Below are positions 50,044-54,101 of a stretch of DNA of 54,101 bases, piece by piece (the stretch's first letter is position 1; the number at the start of each line of letters is the position of its first letter). The position numbers were made by a program, and so were the translations under genes. Origin of the DNA: Bacteroidales bacterium (lineage in GTDB: Bacteria; Bacteroidota; Bacteroidia; Bacteroidales; VadinHA17). The notes under the pieces are model-generated. The model was given only the letters and a program-made list of their open reading frames with translations. It did no database searches and was not told the DNA's origin. The stretch spans positions 1 to 54,101 of the forward strand of contig JAWLFR010000004.1 in assembly GCA_041685495.1 (NCBI GenBank). The letters run 5' to 3'.

Positions 50044-51408
50044 ATGGCATACAAAAGCATAAATCCTTATACAGGAAAGGTAAACAAGACCTATGATACT
50101 ATAAGCGATCAGGAGCTGGACAATATTATTTTTTCATCATCACGTGCTTTCAGGAAATGGAGCCGCCTGCCCCTTGAAAAACGGCAGGACCTGCTGCTCA
50201 GACTGGCTGATATACTGGAGATGGAAAAGGATTTTCATGCTGCAACTATTACCTCGGAGATGGGAAAGCCCATCAGCCAGTCCCTTGCCGAGGTAGAAAA
50301 AAGCGTTCTGGCATGCAGGTATTATGCAGAGAGAGCCGATGAGTTTCTGAGTCCGCGCAAACATTCCTCACAGGGAGGAACCTCTGTCATCAGGTTTGAT
50401 CCACAGGGTATTGTTTTTGCCATTATGCCCTGGAATTTTCCATACTGGCAGGTTGTAAGATGCCTGGCTCCCGCCCTGGTATCGGGCAATACTGTATTGC
50501 TGAAACACGCATCCAATGTGCCACAGTGCGCGGAGAATATAGAAAATGCTATTATTAAGGCCGGATTTCCCACTGCTGTTTTTATGAATCTGTTTATAGA
50601 TCATAAGCAGGTTTCAAGGGTTATAGAATCAGAGCATGTAAGATCAGTCAGCCTGACAGGCAGTAATACCGCCGGCGAAAAGGTAGCCTCGGCAGCAGGG
50701 GCTAATATAAAAAAGCTGGTGCTGGAACTGGGTGGTAACGATGCCTTTATTGTTTTTGCTGATGCTGATCTTCAGGAAGCGGCTGATGCCCTTGTCTACG
50801 GCCGCTTTCAGAACACAGGACAGAGCTGTATTGCATCCAAACGTCTTTTTGTGCATGAACAGGTATATGCAGAGTTTATGAGTCTTTTAAGGGGACGTAT
50901 AAAATCATTCAGCACCGGGAACCCATTATTGCCGGACACCTTTATCGGTCCGCTCGTCAACAGGGCAGCTGTTACCGAACTGGAAAGGCAGCTGAAAGAG
51001 ACCGTTGATATGGGTGCCGGGGTAATACTGGGGGGCAGTAAAGGGGAGCAGGGTGATTGTTTCTTTGATCCCACCCTGGTTGTCAATGTGCCGTGGGACA
51101 GCCCTCTGGCCAGGGAGGAGGTATTCGGACCTGTGCTACCTGTTTTCAGTTTCAGTGACTATGATGAGATGGTATCCAGGGTTAATGATTCGCGTTTCGG
51201 CCTGGCCTGTTCGGTTTTTACGGCCGACAGTAAGCTGAGGGAAAGGCTGTCTGAGGATATTGACACAGGAACAATAGTGTTTAACAGCTTTACACGGTCC
51301 GATCCAGCTCTTCCTTTCGGGGGCGTTAAGGAATCAGGTTATGGCAGGGAACTATCGGAATATGGTATAATGGAATTTGTAAATATTAAAACCGTGACAG
51401 TTTTCTGA
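50044..51408 (+). CDS. NAD(P)-dependent aldehyde dehydrogenase (succinate-semialdehyde dehydrogenase, Sad/GabD1-like)
   Basis: IMPWNFP, LKHASN, LELGG, GQSCIA (catalytic Cys), EEVFGP, PFGGVKESGYGRE. Confidence 0.9.
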   Translation: MAYKSINPYTGKVNKTYDTISDQELDNIIFSSSRAFRKWSRLPLEKRQDLLLRLADILEMEKDFHAATITSEMGKPISQSLAEVEKSVLACRYYAERADEFLSPRKHSSQGGTSVIRFDPQGIVFAIMPWNFPYWQVVRCLAPALVSGNTVLLKHASNVPQCAENIENAIIKAGFPTAVFMNLFIDHKQVSRVIESEHVRSVSLTGSNTAGEKVASAAGANIKKLVLELGGNDAFIVFADADLQEAADALVYGRFQNTGQSCIASKRLFVHEQVYAEFMSLLRGRIKSFSTGNPLLPDTFIGPLVNRAAVTELERQLKETVDMGAGVILGGSKGEQGDCFFDPTLVVNVPWDSPLAREEVFGPVLPVFSFSDYDEMVSRVNDSRFGLACSVFTADSKLRERLSEDIDTGTIVFNSFTRSDPALPFGGVKESGYGRELSEYGIMEFVNIKTVTVF

Positions 51409-51423
51409 TTGGGATTTATTAAT

Positions 51424-51431
51424 TAATTTTG
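51424..51431 (+). promoter_or_regulatory. -7 element (TAATTTTG) for rnpB
   Basis: Immediately upstream of the RNase P P1 helix. Confidence 0.6.
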
Positions 51432-51435
51432 TAAT

Positions 51436-51813
51436 GCAGCAAACCGTTCTGTCGCCTCCTGCAGTAATGCGGGAGGAGGAAAGTCCGGACAACACAGAGC
51501 ATCATACTTCCTAACTGGAAGATACCCGCAAGGGTATAGTGGCGTAACAGAAAATAACCGTCTGCCCCTGGCAGATAAGGGTGAAAAGGTGAGGTAAGAG
51601 CTCACCGGGTCCGGTGGCGACACCGGGTGCCGTACGCACTTATGAGTTGAAAGACCATGTATACCGGCGCTGAGGATTGCTCGTCCGATGCCGGGGGGTA
51701 GGTCGTTAAAGTCATTCAGCAATGAATGGCTTAGATAAATGGCAGAAAGCCTGTCCGATTATCTCTCTGAGATTACAGGACAGGTTACAGAATCCGGCTT
51801 ACAGGTTTGCTGC
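51436..51813 (+). ncRNA. rnpB: RNase P RNA (bacterial, type A-like)
   Basis: GAGGAAAGTCCGG near the 5' end and ACAGAATCCGGCTTA near the 3' end; internal GGGTGAAA..GGTAAGAGC; terminal helix GCAGCAAACC/GGTTTGCTGC. Confidence 0.96.
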
Positions 51814-51814
51814 A

Positions 51815-52522
51815 TTATTTTATTATAAACTCGCTGTCGTCTATATCGGTGTTAAATTCAATGCTTTCGTATATTATTTTTCCCCCAGGCTGGCCATTTA
51901 TAAAAGTGTCAATGGTTCTGGCCAGTATTACACCTTCAGTCTCTTCAAAATCACCCATCTTCATATCAACTGTCATTTCCATGCCCATCTGCTCTACCGA
52001 CATCCTTATCATGGTGATATAAAACGATTCCTTGTCTATAAAGATATACTTATCACCCTCTTCCAGCCGCACCCTTATTTTATATGCGGGTTTACCGTCC
52101 ACACTTTCTTCACCTGTGATACCTGCTTCGCCTGCTCTGTACCGGTCAAGCAGGCTGCTCTGCAGCATGCTGTTGTCCTTCATTGAAGATATCTGCGTGG
52201 GTGACATGGGAACGGGACCGGCGGAGCCCGTCATGGGGTTAATGGTATAACCCCTGTCGCCGTTTACCACCTGGACGATTTCCATATCGCTTAAAGAGCT
52301 GACAATCTTTATTTTGTCGGGCGACTTTTCATACATCAGCAGGTTCAGCTGCATGCCCTGCTGCTGAAGCGATCCTTTTACCTTCAGCGATTTGAATTCC
52401 GTCAACTTTTCAGCTTTGATGGCATCAATATGCTTTTCAATTATTTTTTCCAGGTCCTGGGCATGGGATGCACTTATTAACAGCAGGAGGCCGGTAAGCA
52501 GTAACAGTTTTTTGGTCTTCAT
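51815..52522 (-). CDS. Exported LolA-like / outer-membrane lipoprotein-sorting-family protein
   Basis: Signal peptide; IIEKHIDAI..., FIDKESF and IEFNTDIDDSEF patterns typical of this fold. Confidence 0.6.
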   Translation of the reverse strand: MKTKKLLLLTGLLLLISASHAQDLEKIIEKHIDAIKAEKLTEFKSLKVKGSLQQQGMQLNLLMYEKSPDKIKIVSSLSDMEIVQVVNGDRGYTINPMTGSAGPVPMSPTQISSMKDNSMLQSSLLDRYRAGEAGITGEESVDGKPAYKIRVRLEEGDKYIFIDKESFYITMIRMSVEQMGMEMTVDMKMGDFEETEGVILARTIDTFINGQPGGKIIYESIEFNTDIDDSEFIIK

Positions 52523-53343
52523 TTTTCTATTTTATTAATTACTTTACGTATTTCAGTCAGTGTATACATTAAATCATCCAGCATGTCAAGATGAAGCATG
52601 CTGGCATTGTCAGACAGGGCCACGGCAGGATCAGGATGAGTCTCAAGAAAAATGCCGTCAGCACCGGCTGCTATGGCCGCACGGCCAATGGTGCCTATCA
52701 TTTCAGGGTCGCCACCCGACACTCCACCGGGCTGGTTAGGTTTTTGAAGTGAATGTGTGATATCCATGATGACAGGGACACCAGTTTTTTTCATAGCCGG
52801 TATATTGGTCATGTCCACTACCATATCTGTATAACCAAACATATTACCTCTTTCAGTGAGCAGGATATTATTATTGCCCGCGTATCTCACTTTCTCAACG
52901 GCATATCCCATTGATGCTCCGGAAAGAAACTGTCCCTTCTTGATATTTACCCATTTGCCGGTCTTTGCAGCAGCTGTAAGAAGATCAGTCTGCCTGCAAA
53001 GGAAAGCGGGAATCTGCAGGATATCCACATATTTGGCGGCCAGGGAGGCTTCACCCGGATTATGTATGTCCGTCAGCAGGGGAAGACCGTATTCAGCACC
53101 TGTCTCTGCCAGTATTTCGAGGGCTTTGGTGTCGCCAAGACCGCTGAATGAATCTATTCTTGAACGGTTGGCCTTCCTGTATGAGGCTTTAAGGATCAGG
53201 GGTATATCATATTTGGCGGATATCTCTGCAGTTCTTCCGGCTACATCCCTGAGTACAGCCCTGCTTTCAACGACGCACGGTCCTGCAATAAGAAAAAAAT
53301 TGCCACTGCCCGTGAATTTAATTTTTGGTATGTCCGCTATCAT
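52519..53343 (-). CDS. kdsA: KDO8P synthase (3-deoxy-8-phosphooctulonate synthase)
   Basis: IAGPCVVE, KASYRKANRS, QIPAFLCRQTDL, KKGQF, ERG, DITHSLQ. Confidence 0.97.
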   Translation of the reverse strand: MIADIPKIKFTGSGNFFLIAGPCVVESRAVLRDVAGRTAEISAKYDIPLILKASYRKANRSRIDSFSGLGDTKALEILAETGAEYGLPLLTDIHNPGEASLAAKYVDILQIPAFLCRQTDLLTAAAKTGKWVNIKKGQFLSGASMGYAVEKVRYAGNNNILLTERGNMFGYTDMVVDMTNIPAMKKTGVPVIMDITHSLQKPNQPGGVSGGDPEMIGTIGRAAIAAGADGIFLETHPDPAVALSDNASMLHLDMLDDLMYTLTEIRKVINKIEK

Positions 53344-53384
53344 AAATATTTTTTATAAAGTTATCACTTTAACGATAAATATTC

Positions 53385-54101
53385 CTATTTCTTATAATCA
53401 TAATATTTTTTCCACAGTGTGGCAAGCCTTTCCCTGAACTCTGTTTCACGCCTGTTGTTGCCCGGCAAATAAAAAACCGTACCGCTCATGTCTTCAGGAA
53501 GAAAATTATCCTCAGCAAAGCTGTCGTTATATGAATGAGCATATTTATAATCCTTTCCGTAGTTGAGGTTTTTCATCAGGCTGGTGGGTGCATTGCGTAA
53601 ATGCAGGGGTACAGGTTTATCGCCTGTCTGCCTCACTTCTCCGATAGCTTTTTCTATGGCCATATATGCCGAGTTGCTTTTAGCCGAGCATGCCAGGTAT
53701 ATAGCCACTTCCGCCAGTATTATTCTTGCCTCAGGCCAGCCGGTGAGATGAACGGCATCAAAGCATGATTGTGCAATCAGCAGTGCATTGGGGTTGGCAA
53801 GACCGATATCCTCGGCAGCCAGTACAATAAGCCGGCGTGCAATGAATTTTACGTCTTCACCACCTTCGGCCATACGCGCAAGCCAGTAAACGGCTGCATT
53901 GGGATCGCTACCCCTTATTGATTTGATAAAGGCCGAAATAATATCATAATGTTGCTCACCTCCCTTATCATACAGGGCCATATTCTTCTGAATATGATCC
54001 AATACCTTCTCGTTGCTGATTATAATCTTTTCTTTTACACCCGGTTGAGCCTGCATCTCCGATGATACTGTCAGTTCCAGGGCATTATACAGTTTCCTGG
54101 C
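53385..54101 (-). CDS. rarA: Replication-associated recombination protein A (5' end outside window)
   Basis: Frame open to the window edge (ARKLYNALEL); YDKGGEQHYDIISAFIKSIRGSD, EDIGLANP, VPLHLRNAP. Confidence 0.95.
   Translation of the reverse strand, partial: ARKLYNALELTVSSEMQAQPGVKEKIIISNEKVLDHIQKNMALYDKGGEQHYDIISAFIKSIRGSDPNAAVYWLARMAEGGEDVKFIARRLIVLAAEDIGLANPNALLIAQSCFDAVHLTGWPEARIILAEVAIYLACSAKSNSAYMAIEKAIGEVRQTGDKPVPLHLRNAPTSLMKNLNYGKDYKYAHSYNDSFAEDNFLPEDMSGTVFYLPGNNRRETEFRERLATLWKKYYDYKK

Noticed and set aside
51423-51722. 99-aa minus-strand ORF
   Set aside because: Antisense shadow of the RNase P RNA gene
53408-53416. DnaA-box match TTTTCCACA, and near match TTATCCACG at ~7072
   Set aside because: Isolated, inside coding sequence, no clustering; expected by chance

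Overview
Core-genome window of a Bacteroidota (probably Bacteroidales-type) bacterium. The assignment is inferred from gene content and from many TAnnTTTG (-7) promoter motifs upstream of genes. It holds about 47 protein-coding genes, mostly housekeeping (recF, dciA-like, ndk, dnaA, galK, lptD, rpsF-rpsR-rplI, dnaX, secA, dapA, ligA, argS, ffh, folD, aroE, truA, queA, kdsA, rarA), plus the RNase P RNA gene rnpB. I found no IS, integrase, prophage, CRISPR array, tRNA or rRNA. I cannot claim a large novel multigene system. The best unexplained signals are small. (1) A candidate ~105-nt noncoding RNA at ~40731-40835 (minus strand) has an ECF-sigma-like promoter, repeated ACCCU motifs and an intrinsic terminator. 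(2) An in-frame A_AAA_AAC slippery site with a 3' hairpin and a 36-bp tandem repeat sits in the dnaX linker. (3) An AmrB-AmrA (Memo-AMMECR1) fusion is followed by only a deleted remnant of the radical SAM partner. (4) Strong Shine-Dalgarno sequences occur specifically at rpsR and rplI. All product calls come from recognising motifs by eye; no database searches were run.
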